Shown here piece after piece: positions 48,901 to 59,457 of a stretch of DNA of 64,000 bases. Position 1 is the first letter of the stretch. Each line of letters opens with the position of its first letter. A model generated the notes under the pieces. The model was not told the origin of the DNA, searched no databases, and saw only the letters and a program-made list of their open reading frames with translations. This DNA is from Camelus dromedarius (Eukaryota): assembly GCF_036321535.1 (NCBI RefSeq), contig NC_087437.1, forward strand, positions 4,464,001 through 4,528,000, read 5' to 3'. A program made the position numbers and the translations under genes.

Positions 48901-51327
48901 GCTTAATAATGAGTGTGTCATGCCTTTTATCAGTATGAAAGGTGTGTGGGTTTACCACCTAAGGAAATGAATGTTCTCTTTCTCCAGGTGATAATTGATG
49001 ACCAGTTACCTGTTGATCATAAGGGAGAACTCCTCTGTTCTTATTCTAACAACAAAAGTGAACTGTGGGTTTCTCTCATAGAGAAAGCGTACATGAAGGT
49101 CATGGGAGGATATGATTTCCCGGGATCCAACTCAGTAAGTAATAGACAAGACGGTCCAGACACAGACTCATGCTGCCTCCTAGGGCTGTTTTAAATTTGA
49201 AAGATTATAGATGATGTATTTGGTTTAAATGAAAAGAAAAGATCAACCCATGGAAAGTGCTGGTCAGTCACCTTGTTCTGGGAGTGTGTGTTTTCTTTTG
49301 TAAGGTTATTAGCGCATTGTGTAGATTTGTTACTCAGGAAAGCCTGAGAGTGTGTGTGTCTGCTGTTAACGCTGACCAGTTAAATACAGTGTACCTTTCC
49401 AGAGAAGCCTCTTCAGGTCAAAGGGATGTGTCATATTGTCATCCTTATGTTTTGTTTTATTTTGTTTTGTTTTGATTTGTAAATTCAGGTTCAAGGAGGT
49501 TTTTGTTAATTTTTCCTAACCTTAACACAACTTAACCTGTAAAATCGAGGTATGTGCCAGTGTCCTGTAGTTGTATCAGGTAAACTGGTGGGGTTATGCC
49601 AGAGGTTAGTCAGGTTAGCGTGACTTTGAATTGTAATGTTAATTAGCCTGTAGCTTGAGAAAAGATATTTGACCTTTGTTAGCCTCTTTGTCTGTAATAT
49701 GAGGATAACACCCACCTCTCAAGAACTGTAAAGATTAAATGAAGTAACATGCACATCACCCACATTCATATCCTGGGTTAGTATCCTTGCCCACGACCTG
49801 GCCTCCTTCATTCTCCTGGTTCCTAGATGCTAGTCAAAGAATGTGTAGGTCATGGTTAAAGGTAAGAGGATGTCAACATTTCCACCTAGCCTCCATGTTC
49901 AGTGGCTCTGTCCTTCAGGTATTTCTAGTTTAGCTTTCTAATCCATTGCCTGTTCATTTAGCCAGTGCAGCTTAGAGAAGGAATGAGAATAATATAAAAT
50001 ATTAGAAAAATGACTGTCATATAGTAAAAACTCAGTAAATGGTTAATGATGATCATCATAAAGCGTTTTTTTCTGTTAAATGTTTTGAGTTTTCATCATA
50101 TTTATCAGTAAAACAGTTCTGTTGTATTCAGGAAAAGCAGCAAAGATTTTAAGGAAAAGACAATCTTGTGCTTAAATCTAGGTAGGTGTTTGAGTTAAAT
50201 AAGAAATGTACTACTGGTAGAAAACAACTTACTACCTCCTGACTTATTCCTGTCAAAATCATCGTATCAAATCAGTGAGATTTAATAGCTGCCCCGGGGA
50301 TGTACGTAAGAGCTTGAAAACAGCCTGCCTGCCCTGTTTTATGCTGCAGAACATCGACCTTCATGCCCTCACCGGGTGGATTCCAGAGCGGATTGCCATG
50401 CACTCAGACAGCCAGGCGTTCAGTAAGGACAGTTCCTTCCGGATGCTTTATCAAAGGTAAACTTCTCTCTCTTTCGTGCTGAAAGAGATTACTTAAGAAC
50501 CTCATGCCTTACTTAGAATGGATATTGCAAAAGCTGTCACCTTCAGTCATTAGGGAAATTGTGGTTTTCAGGTAGACTTGACTTTACACACAGCCAGCCC
50601 TCTGTCATCCTCGCTGATGGTTACAGTGAATCCAGACTGTAGATAATCTAAAACATTGAATCTGGAGTATGTAATATGGAAAAACTGCCTCGCACTTCCT
50701 GAGTACTTAACAGCTTGAGGGAAGGTGGGCAGAGAAGGGTGTGAGAAGGTGAAGCGGAGGCCTTAAGTGGACGCCCCCCGGGAGGGCGGAGAGCCGTCTG
50801 TACGGTGGTGTACACTCAGTGCTGACGCCCAAAACACAGTGCACTGATCAACAGAGTGACGTGGCTTTGGGAGAAGTACATTGGCTACTGCACACCTTCA
50901 TTTTTACTTGTAAATCATTTGAAAATTTAGCATTTGTTTTTTTCATCGATAGGTTTCTACCTGAGAATTAAGTTGTCTAAAACTGGGAGCGGAAAAAAGG
51001 AAATGTGACCGTTTTTCTGTTATGCTGTGAAATAGAAATGTGCTTCTTATTGAAAGTTCTTTGGAGGGTGTTGGGCTTAGCCTGTTTTAGGAAAGACTTC
51101 AAATTTGGGGAAATTTCCAAGTAGGCCATGAGTAAAGGAAAAGTGCTGTGATCTGTAATTACAGACGTGTTTTCCTTCGGTGACCTGTCTGTTGGGTCCG
51201 TTCCAGGTTTCACAAAGGGGACGTCCTCATCACGGCGTCCACTGGCGTGATGACTGAAGCGGAGGGCGAGAAGTGGGGCCTGGTGCCCACACACGCGTAT
51301 GCTGTGCTGGATATTAGAGAGTTCAAG
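27562..51327 (+). CDS. CAPN7: Calpain-7 (PalBH), coding exons 1-12 of a gene continuing beyond the window; 469 codons present
   Basis: Join 27562-27663, 30990-31098, 35399-35556, 36674-36741, 38727-38927, 41023-41109, 45002-45128, 46148-46233, 47466-47559, 48988-49134, 50350-50456, 51207-51327. Total 1407 nt, open frame, all introns GT-AG. Two MIT domains, then CysPc with C290 and H458. Confidence 0.98.
29020..30040 (-). mobile_element. 5'-truncated L1 (3' UTR plus ORF2 end) in intron 1
   Basis: gtttcaggtatacagcaaagtgattcagtt... through ORF2 C-terminal antisense sequence. Confidence 0.9.
30990..31098 (+). CDS. CAPN7: CAPN7 exon 2
   Basis: ttttag/[48 protein letters not shown]; 109 nt. Confidence 0.96.
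31179..31306 (-). mobile_element. Vic-1-like SINE
   Basis: Reverse A/B boxes (gggattgaacccagg); T-rich tail on the left. Confidence 0.85.
32895..33112. mobile_element. MER20-like MITE
   Basis: atttggcagtgtctggaga...caaagaattgtccagccgaaaatgtc...gctgagaaccct. Confidence 0.8.
33235..34610 (-). mobile_element. Old L1 (L1MB-like) interrupted by an MLT2-type LTR (~34075-34528)
   Basis: L1 antisense 3' end (ttgagatataattcacatacc). Insert agtcagggtttcctgagaaacagagcc...aatcaatcatcaca. Confidence 0.8.
34755..35092. mobile_element. Two L1 3' tails in inverted orientation (34755-34910 minus; 34911-35092 plus)
   Basis: Both are L1 3' UTR termini, with A/T tails pointing outward. Confidence 0.88.
35399..35556 (+). 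CDS. CAPN7: CAPN7 exon 3 (MIT2)
   Basis: cctag/TT; (V)[61 protein letters not shown]; 158 nt. Confidence 0.96.
36674..36741 (+). CDS. CAPN7: CAPN7 exon 4
   Basis: ttaag/[25 protein letters not shown](R); TAG/GTGAGT; 68 nt. Confidence 0.96.
38727..38927 (+). CDS. CAPN7: CAPN7 exon 5
   Basis: ttccag/[35 protein letters not shown]...[10 protein letters not shown](R); CAG/GTAACT; 201 nt. Confidence 0.96.
39301..39799. mobile_element. MER58-like hAT MITE with a nested L1MC-like 3' end (~39443-39759)
   Basis: Termini ccggagtcagcaaa and aaaagtttgtcaacccctg. Inner L1 flanked by taatatc(c/t)ggcccttt. Confidence 0.7.
41023..41109 (+). CDS. CAPN7: CAPN7 exon 6
   Basis: ttatag/[29 protein letters not shown](C); CTG/GTAAGT; 87 nt. 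Confidence 0.96.
41789..41925 (+). mobile_element. Vic-1-like SINE
   Basis: ggggcgggtatagctcaaatggtagag...ggttcaatccccagtacc...aaacctaatt; A-rich tail with a degenerate TSD ending TCTTTGA. Confidence 0.88.
42817..42942 (+). mobile_element. Vic-1-like SINE with 15 bp TSD
   Basis: TSD AAATCTAAGCAGAGA at 42801-42815 and 42943-42957. Confidence 0.9.
44576..44714 (-). mobile_element. Vic-1-like SINE
   Basis: Reverse A/B boxes; near-TSD CTTTTGA(A/G)GTAT(G/A)TTCTT on both sides. Confidence 0.88.
45002..45128 (+). CDS. CAPN7: CAPN7 exon 7
   Basis: ctcag/[52 protein letters not shown]; 127 nt. Confidence 0.96.
46148..46233 (+). CDS. CAPN7: CAPN7 exon 8 (catalytic Cys290, TGT 46163-46165)
   Basis: aacag/[31 protein letters not shown](S); CAG/GTAAAA; 86 nt. 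Confidence 0.97.
46506..46715. mobile_element. MER33-like MITE
   Basis: gcactgtcc...ggtagccactagccacgtgtggatattg...gattttgaaaacttag. Confidence 0.75.
47466..47559 (+). CDS. CAPN7: CAPN7 exon 9
   Basis: acaaaag/[41 protein letters not shown]; 94 nt. Confidence 0.95.
48060..48410. mobile_element. Two adjacent MER5-like MITEs
   Basis: catcagcgtcacctgggaatttgttaga...gacctgctgaatcagaa and agaatcacctg...cagattgctgggccccacc. Confidence 0.7.
48988..49134 (+). CDS. CAPN7: CAPN7 exon 10
   Basis: ctccag/[61 protein letters not shown]; 147 nt. Confidence 0.97.
50350..50456 (+). CDS. CAPN7: CAPN7 exon 11
   Basis: tgcag/[38 protein letters not shown](R); AAG/GTAAAC; 107 nt. Confidence 0.96.
51207..51327 (+). 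CDS. CAPN7: CAPN7 exon 12 (catalytic His458, CAC 51292-51294)
   Basis: ttccag/[50 protein letters not shown]; 121 nt. Confidence 0.97.
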
Positions 51328-52699
51328 GTTTGGCCTTAAGTGTGTTTCTCTCGTTTTTCTTGTCTGCTAATAAGATGTTGCAAGGATTCCAAGCGATCTA
51401 TGAGACTTCTAAATACTGACAAATTGAGGTCTAGGCCGTGTTTCAAAGTCATTTCCCCTGTTACATTAAACAGCTTGACTGCTGCCATTGGAAATTATGA
51501 AATGAAAAGATGGGAAGTGTAAAGACAGCACAGATACTGATGACAGAACAGAAACATTGTATCCTGCAGGGTTGAGGGGCATGCATAGCCCTCGGGTTCT
51601 GGGCTGTGTGATGGCGCTGGGGTCAGGCACAGTTTAGTCTCTGGAGCACAATCGACATTCAGTAACTTCTGTGCAAGGACAAAAAGTCAGAGGACAGTGG
51701 ATGAGAACCTTGCTGGTGGGTTTGGACGTGTGAGACCTCTTTCAGACCCTTCTCTGAGTTCAGGTATCAGAACAGTTGACTTCATTACTTCTCATGTTGT
51801 TAATTAGCTATTTTTAACTGAAGAATGGATCTGCCCTCTGGGTTAGAAAATACAAAGATTGTTAAGGGAAGACTCTCTTCCCCTGACGGTGCAGTACCTA
51901 AGCTGTCTGGTTACCGGGAAGCTTAGCTAGCAGTGTGTTCCAGTTCCTCCTGCTTAAACTTAGAGAGAGTGGTGATCAGTCAGCAATAACAGGGTATACT
52001 GTGTATTAATGAGACAGGTTTTTCTTCCCTAGCTCACAGAATTATATGACTTACAAAGGCAGTAGGGACCTGCTGCGACATTTAAACATTTACACTCTCG
52101 ATGCTTTGAGTCGGCCACTGTTGTTACACCCCCAACCACGGGGTATAGAACTGTCTCATCCTTTTAAAGTGGCATGAGAATTGACTACATAAAGCAACAG
52201 TAGAAAAATGTATGTGAAATTACGTAAGCTGGGGGTTTGAGTGTGTTTTAGAAATGTAATTTGCCACCAACACCAGCTAAAACATTGTGGGTAACAGTTG
52301 CTCTTATTTAGTAATAACTTTATTGTCAGAAGCTGCTGTGAGCTGGGTGTTCACGGACGGGTGAGCAGTGTTGGGGTACTGGCAGGAGATTTAAAGTTAG
52401 GTAATGAAACAGGCAATATGAAAGCAAGCTGGAATTTGAGGGAAATTTCTGTAAAGATTATATCATTTACTTTGAGTAATAAGACTATTTTTCTGATTGT
52501 TCAGGGGAAACTGGAAAAATGACATGTTTAAGAGAAAAATGGGTACCTGTGATTTGACTTGAAAACAAAACATTAAAAAATTGTGGATTCCAGTAAAGTA
52601 AGAATTTCAAGTAACAGCCTTTTCAGTTAAACATCAGTAGCGTTATTCATACAATATCAATTCCACATGTTAACTTTTCTATAACAATGGAGGCTTTTT

Positions 52700-55600
52700 T
52701 TTTCCCATTTTTGTTTTTTGACTTGAAGTATAACAGACCTGCAGCACCACATTAGTTCCAGGTGTACAGCATAGTGACTCCATATTTCTGTGTTACCAAA
52801 AATCAGCATGGTCAGTCTGGTTGCCGTCTGCCACCCTGCAAAGTTACTACAGCATCACTGACCGTATTCCCGGGGCTGAGCATTTCACCCTTGTGACTCA
52901 CTCATTTTGTAAGTGGAAGTTTGTGCCTCTTCGTCTCCGTCATGTTTCCCTCATCCCCTCACCCATCCCCCCGTGGGACCACCGGTCTGTTCTCTGTACC
53001 TGTGAGTCTGTGTTTGTTTTGCTATGTTTGTTTGTTTTGTTTTTTAGATTCCACATGTAAATCAGGTATGTTACATTTGTCTTTCTCTAACATCTCACTT
53101 AGCATAATACCCTCTAGGTTCATCCATGTGGTCACAGATGGCAAGATTTCAGTCTTTTTTATGGCTGACATGTTATTGCACATATATATAAACACCAAAT
53201 TTCTTTATCTAGTCATCTGTCAGTGGGCACATAGGTTGCATCCATATCTTGAGTATTGTAAATAATGCTGCACTGAACATTGCTGCGCATATATCTATTT
53301 GAATTAGTGTTTTGTTTTCTTTGGATAAATACCCAGAATTGAAATTGCTTGATCATATGGCAGTTCTATTTTGAATTTTTTGAGGCATCTCCAGAAGTGC
53401 ACAGGGACTCCCTTTTCTCCTCATCCTTGCCGACACTTGTTATTTGTTGTCTGTTTTGCCATAGCCGTTCTGACAAGAGTAAAGTGTATTTCATTGAGGT
53501 TGTGATTTGCCACTTCCCTGATCAGTCATGTTGAGCATCTTCCCGTGTGTGTGTTGGCCATCTCTATATCACCTCTGGGGGAAAAATCTATATTCGGGTC
53601 CTTTGACCATTTTTTAATTGAGTTTTTTATGTTGAGTTCTTTGTATATTTTGGATATTAATCCCCTATCAAATTAACTGTTTGCAGATATCTTCTCTCAT
53701 TCAGAAGGCAGCCTTTTCATTTTGTTGATAGCTTCCTTTGCCTTGCAAAGCCTTATTGTTTGATGTAGTCCCATTAGTTTATTTTTCCTTTTGTTTCCCT
53801 TGCCTGAGGAGACAAGTACAAAAAAATATTGCTAAGGCTGATGTCAGAAAGCATACTGCCTAGGTCTTCTGGGAGTTATGCTTTCAGGACTTATATTTAA
53901 GTCTTTAATCCATTTTTAGTGTATTTTTGTATATGGTAGAAGTTAATGGTCCAGTTCCCTTTATTTGCTTGTAGCTATCCAGTTTTCCTAATACCATTTA
54001 TTGAAGACATTGTCTTTTCCACACTATATTTTTGGTTCCTTTGTCATAGATTAGTTGACCATGTAAGTGTAGATTCGTTTCTGGGCTCTATTCTGTTCCA
54101 TTGAGCTACGTATCTGTTTTTATTCAATGCCATACCATCTTGATTACTGTAGCTTTGTAGTTTAGTTTTTAGTTTGGTTAAAGCCTGTAACTTTATTCTT
54201 TCTCTAGATTGTTTTGGCTATTCGGGATCTTTGTGTCTCCATACAAATTTTAGAATTATTTGTTCTAATTCTGTTAAAATGTCATTGGTATTTTGATAGG
54301 GATTACAGTGAATCTATAGCTTGCCTTGGGTAATATGGTCATTTTAACAAGATTGATTCTTCCAGTCCATGAATAGGATACATATTTCCATTTGTTTGTA
54401 TTGTCTTGTATCGGTTTCTTTCATCAGAGTACAAATCTTTCACCTCTTTGGTTAGATTTATTCTTAGGTATTTTATTATTTTTGATGCAGTTGTAAATGA
54501 AATTGTTTTCTTAATTTCTCTTTCTGATAGTTCATTGTTAGTGTATAGAAGTACAACTAATTATATTGATTTTGTATCCTGCAGCTTTACTGAATTCATT
54601 TATTAGTTCTGACAGTTTTTTGGTGGCATCTTAAGGATTTTCAATGTATAGTATCATGTCTTCTGCAAATAGTGACAGTTTTTTTTCTTATTTTCCAATT
54701 CCAGTGCCTTTTATTTCTTCCTCTTGTCTGATTGCTGTGGCTAGGACTTCCAATACTATGTTGAATAAAAGTGGCAAGAGTGGACATCCACATCCTTCTC
54801 TTGTTCCTGACCGCAGAGGAAATACTTTCAGTTTTTCACCATTGAATATGATATTAGCTGTGGGCTTGTGATATATGGCCTTTAGTATGTTGAGAGATGT
54901 TCCTTCTATACCCACTTTGTTGAGAGTTTTTATCATAAATGATGTTGATGTTGAATTTTGTTAAAAGCTTTTTCTGCCTCTATTGAGATGATCATACCAG
55001 TTCCACTTAATTTATTGATGTGGTGTATCACCTTGATTGATTTGCAGGTGTTGAACCATCCTGTGTCCCTGGGATAAATCTTGATAACAGTGTATAATTG
55101 TTTTTAATATGTTCTTAGATTTGGTTTGCTAATATTTTGTTGAGGATCTTTCTGGCTGTGTTCGTCAGAGATACTGGCCTGTGCTTTTCTTTTTTGTGTG
55201 GTGTCTTTGGTTTTGGTATCAAGGTGAGGCTGGCCTCTGAGAATGAATTCTGAAGCATTCCTTTCTCCTCAGTTCTTGGAATAGTTAGAGAAAGATAGGT
55301 GTTAACTCTTTAAACATTTGGTAGAATTCACTCATAAAGCTGTCTGATCCTGCACTTTTTGTTTGTTGAGAGTTTTTAAATTGCTGATTCAGTTTCATTA
55401 CTGGTAATTGATCTGTTTGTATTTTCTGTTTCTTCCTAATTCCGTCAGAGGAGATTGTCCATTTCTATGAATTTATCCGTTTCTTCTAGGTTGTCCACTT
55501 TACTGGTGTTTTATTGGTGTATAGCTGTTCATGGTCATTTCTTATGATCCTGTGTATTTCAGCGGTGTCAGTTGTAACTTCTTCATTTCTAATTTCATTT

Positions 55601-56935
55601 ATTTGGGTGCTCTCTTAATGACTCTAAAGGTTTATCAGCTTTATATTTTCAAAGAACAAGCTGTTAGTCTCACTGGTCTTTTCTATTGTTTTTTAGTCTC
55701 TGTTTTGTTTATTTCTGCTCTGATCTTTATGATTTCTTTCCTTCTGCTAACTTTGGGTTTTGTCTGTTCTTTTTCTGGTTCCTTTAAGTGTGAAGTTAGG
55801 TATTAATTTCAGGTTTTCCTTGTTTCTTAAAGTAGGCTTGTATTGCTATAAACTTACCTCTTAGAACTGCTTTTGCTATGTCCCCAGAATTTTGGATTAC
55901 GTTTCCGTTTTTATTTATCTCGAGGTTTTTAAAAATTTCCTCTTTCATTATATTCAGTGACCTATTAGTTATTTAGTAATGTATTGTTTAGTCTTCACAT
56001 GTTTGTGTTTTTTTGCAGTTTTCTTGTGACTGACTTCTAGTCTCATATTGTTGTGGTCAAAAAAGATGCTTGATGTGATTTCAGTCCTACATTTATTGAG
56101 ACTTGTTTTGTAGCCTAGCATGTGATCTGTCCTGGAGAATGTTCCATGTGCACTTGAAAAAATTCATATTATATATATGTGTAATATATATATTACCTCT
56201 GGTCTGACACGGTGTTGTTCAAGTCAGATGTTTCCTTAATGATTTTCTGTCTGGTTGATCTGTCATGTGTATTTTGCTGTTTTGGGGTAGAATGTTCTAT
56301 AGGTATCTATTAAGTCCATCTTGTCTATTGTGTAATTTAAGTTTTTTTCTTATTGTGTGGGTGATGAGTCCATTGGTGTAAGTGTGCTGTTAAAGTCCAC
56401 TAGTGTTATTATGTTACTGTTGATTTTTCCATTTATGTCTGTTAATATGTACTCTAATGTTGGATGCATATATATTTACAATTGTTATCTTTTCCCTGGA
56501 CTGATCCCTTTAGAATTATGTAATGATCTTCTGTGTCTCGTTCGTCTTTGTTTTAAAGTCTGTTTTGTTTTTCATAAGTGTTGCTACCCCAGCTTTCTTT
56601 TTGTTTCCATTTGCATGAAATACCTTTTCCCATCCCCTCACTTTCAGTCTTTGTGTGTCTTTAGATCTGATGTAAGTCTTTTGTAAGCAGCATATATGTG
56701 AGTCTTGGTGGGGTTTTTTGATTTTTTTGTTTTTTTGCTTCATTTAGCCACTCTTTGTCTTTTCATTAGAGCATTTAGTTCATTTAAATTTAAAGCAATC
56801 ATTGCTAGGTATATACTTACTGCTGTTTTGTTAGTTGTTTGGGGTTATTTTTGTAGTTCTTTTTGTTCTTTTGTTCTCTTCCCTTGTGATTTGATGTCTG
56901 TTTTTAGTGTTATGTTTGGGTTCCTTTCTGGTTTT
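52700..56935 (-). mobile_element. Older L1, 3' UTR through the start of ORF2, heavily decayed
   Basis: Minus-strand ORF2 fragments [12 protein letters not shown] (54688-54936) and RLKVRGWEKVFHANG (56516-56743). Confidence 0.92.
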
Positions 56936-56939
56936 TTTT

Positions 56940-57670
56940 TATTATAAGCTATTATAATATATTGAATAAAGCTCCCTGTACTATATAGTCAGTCCCTATT
57001 TATCTATTTTATATATAGTATAGTAGTGTATATCTGTTATTCCCAAACTCTTAATTTATCCCTACCTGCCCCCACACCATTCCTCTTTGGTAACTGTTAG
57101 TTTTCTATGTCTGTGAGTCTGTTTCTGTTTTGTAAATAAGTTCACTTATATCATTTTTTTAGATTTCACATATGAGTAGTATCATATAACATTTGTCTTT
57201 CTTGTTTGACTGACTTAGTATGATAATCTCTAGGTCCATCCATGTTGCTGAAAATGACAATAATTCATTCTTTTTATGGCCATGTAGTAGTCCATTTTGT
57301 GTGTGTGTGTGTGTGTACATACCACATCTTTATCCAGTCATCCATTGATGGACACTTAGGTTGCTTCCATGTCTTGGCTGTTGTAAATAGTGCTGCTGTG
57401 AATATTGGGGTGCATGTGTCTTTTTGAATTAGAGTTTTTGCCTTTTCTGAATATTGTCCAGAAGTGAGATAGCTGGATCACATGGTAACTATTTTTCGCT
57501 TTTTAAGGAATCTCCATACTATTTTCCATAGAGGCTGCACCAATTTACATTCCCACCAGCAGTGTAGGAGGGTCCCCTTTTCTGCACACCTCCTCCAGCA
57601 TTTATTATTTGTAGACTTTTTGATGATGGCCGTTCTGATAACTGTGAGGCAATACTTCATTGTAGTTTTG
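56940..57670 (-). mobile_element. L1 3' end (ORF2 C-terminus plus 3' UTR)
   Basis: Minus ORF 57478-57660, [25 protein letters not shown]. Confidence 0.9.
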
Positions 57671-57679
57671 GGTTTTTTT

Positions 57680-58073
57680 AAAAATTACTACAATTGTATT
57701 AACTGCTATGAAGCAGCAGCACAGGGTGCCTGGGAACATTTAACGGAAGGACAGTCTAGGCTGGGAGAGGGGTGGGAGGTGTGTGTCAGGAAAGGCCTCC
57801 CTGTGGAGGTAAATAGGCTGAGACCCGAAGGATAAATTGGAATTAGCCAGGTAAGGGTGTAAGGTAAGGAAGGAATTTCCCAAGCAAAAGGAATAATATG
57901 TACAAAGGTAAAAGGCACTTGGCATGTTCTAGAATCCTTGTGTGGCTTGAACTTGGTGAGCAGTGGTGAGAGTGACGCCTTGGAAAGTACCGTCCTCAGA
58001 GCAGCGGTCTCAGCATCACTTGGAATTTGTCTGAAATGCCAATTCTCACAGCAGAAATTTCAGGTGGAGCCTG

Positions 58074-58121
<48 letters not shown>

Positions 58122-58125
58122 TAAC
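57680..58125. mobile_element. L2 remnant followed by a MER5-like remnant carrying a (TG)n tract (58077-58118)
   Basis: gtcaggaaaggcctccctgtggaggt (L2); cagcatcacttggaatttgtctgaaatgc (MER5); pure TG repeat. Confidence 0.7.
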
Positions 58126-58299
58126 ATATCTGTATTTTTCATTGTTTCTAAGAACAGTTGAGAGCTTTAGCTTTTTAAACTTACATAGTTGTCAAAGGAA
58201 TAAAGCCAACCACAAAATAAGAATCAACAGAATGCAGTCATCCAATCATAAAGGACAGTCAGATGTGCTCGCACATATTCAAGAAATCAGTCATCTAAG

Positions 58300-59457
58300 T
58301 TGTAAATAATAAGTAGTTCATTTGTGTCTTTTTTTTTTAATATTCCACATATAAGTGATATCATACCGTATTTTTCTTTCTCTTTCTGGCTTACTTCACT
58401 TAGAATGACAATCTCCAGGTCCATCCATGTCACTGCAAGTGGCATTATTTTATTCTTTTTTATGGCTGAGTAGTATCCCATTGTATAAATACACCACAGC
58501 TTCTTTATCCAGTCATCTGTTGATGGACATTTAGGTTGTTTTCATTTCTTGGCTATTGTAGATAGTGCTGCTATGAACACTGGGGTGTATGTGTCTTTGT
58601 GAATTAAGGTTCCCTCTGGCTATATGCCCAGGAGTGGGATTGTTAGATCATATGGTGAGTCTGTTTTTAGTTTTTGAGGAATCTCCATGCTGTTCTCCGT
58701 AGTGGCTGCACCAATTTATATTCCCACCAGCATTGTTGGAGGGGTCCTTTTTCCCCACACCCTCCCCAGCATTTATTGTTTGTGGACTTTTTAATGATGG
58801 CCATTCTGGCTGGTGTGAGGTGATATCTCCTTATAGTTTTGATTTGCATTTCTCTAACAGTTAGTGATGTTGAGCTTCTTTTCATGTGCCTGTTAGCCAT
58901 CTGTCTGTCTTCTTTGAAGAGATGTCTATTTTGGTCTTCTGCCCATTTTTTGATTGGATTGCTTGTTTTTTTGATATTAATCTGTGTGAGCTGTTTGTAT
59001 ATTTTGGAAATTAGTCCCTGTCAGTCACATCATTTGCAGATGTTTTCTCCCATTCTGTAGGTTGTCTTTTCATTCTGTTGATGGTGTCCTTAGCTATACA
59101 GAAGCTCGTAAGTTTAATTAGATCCCATTTCTCTATTTTTGCTTTTATTTCCATTACTCTAGGAGCTGGTTCAAAAAATACATTGCTGTGATTTATGTGC
59201 AAGAGTGTTCTGCCTGTGTTTTCCCCTAGGAGTTTTATAGTATCTGGTCATACATTTAGGTCTTTAATCCATTTTGAGTTTATTTTTGTATATGATGTTA
59301 GACAGTGTTCTAATTTCAGTCTTTTACATGTAGCTGTCCAGTTTCCCCAGCACCACTTATTGAAGAGAGTGTTGTTTTTTTTTTTTCATTGTATATTCTT
59401 GCCTCCTTTGTTGTAGATTAATTGACCATAAGTGCATGGGTTTATTTGGGGCTTTCT
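58300..59457 (-). mobile_element. L1 fragment (part of 3' UTR plus ORF2 C-terminal region)
   Basis: Minus ORFs 58287-58481, 58667-58900 and 59011-59202 are ORF2-like. Confidence 0.9.
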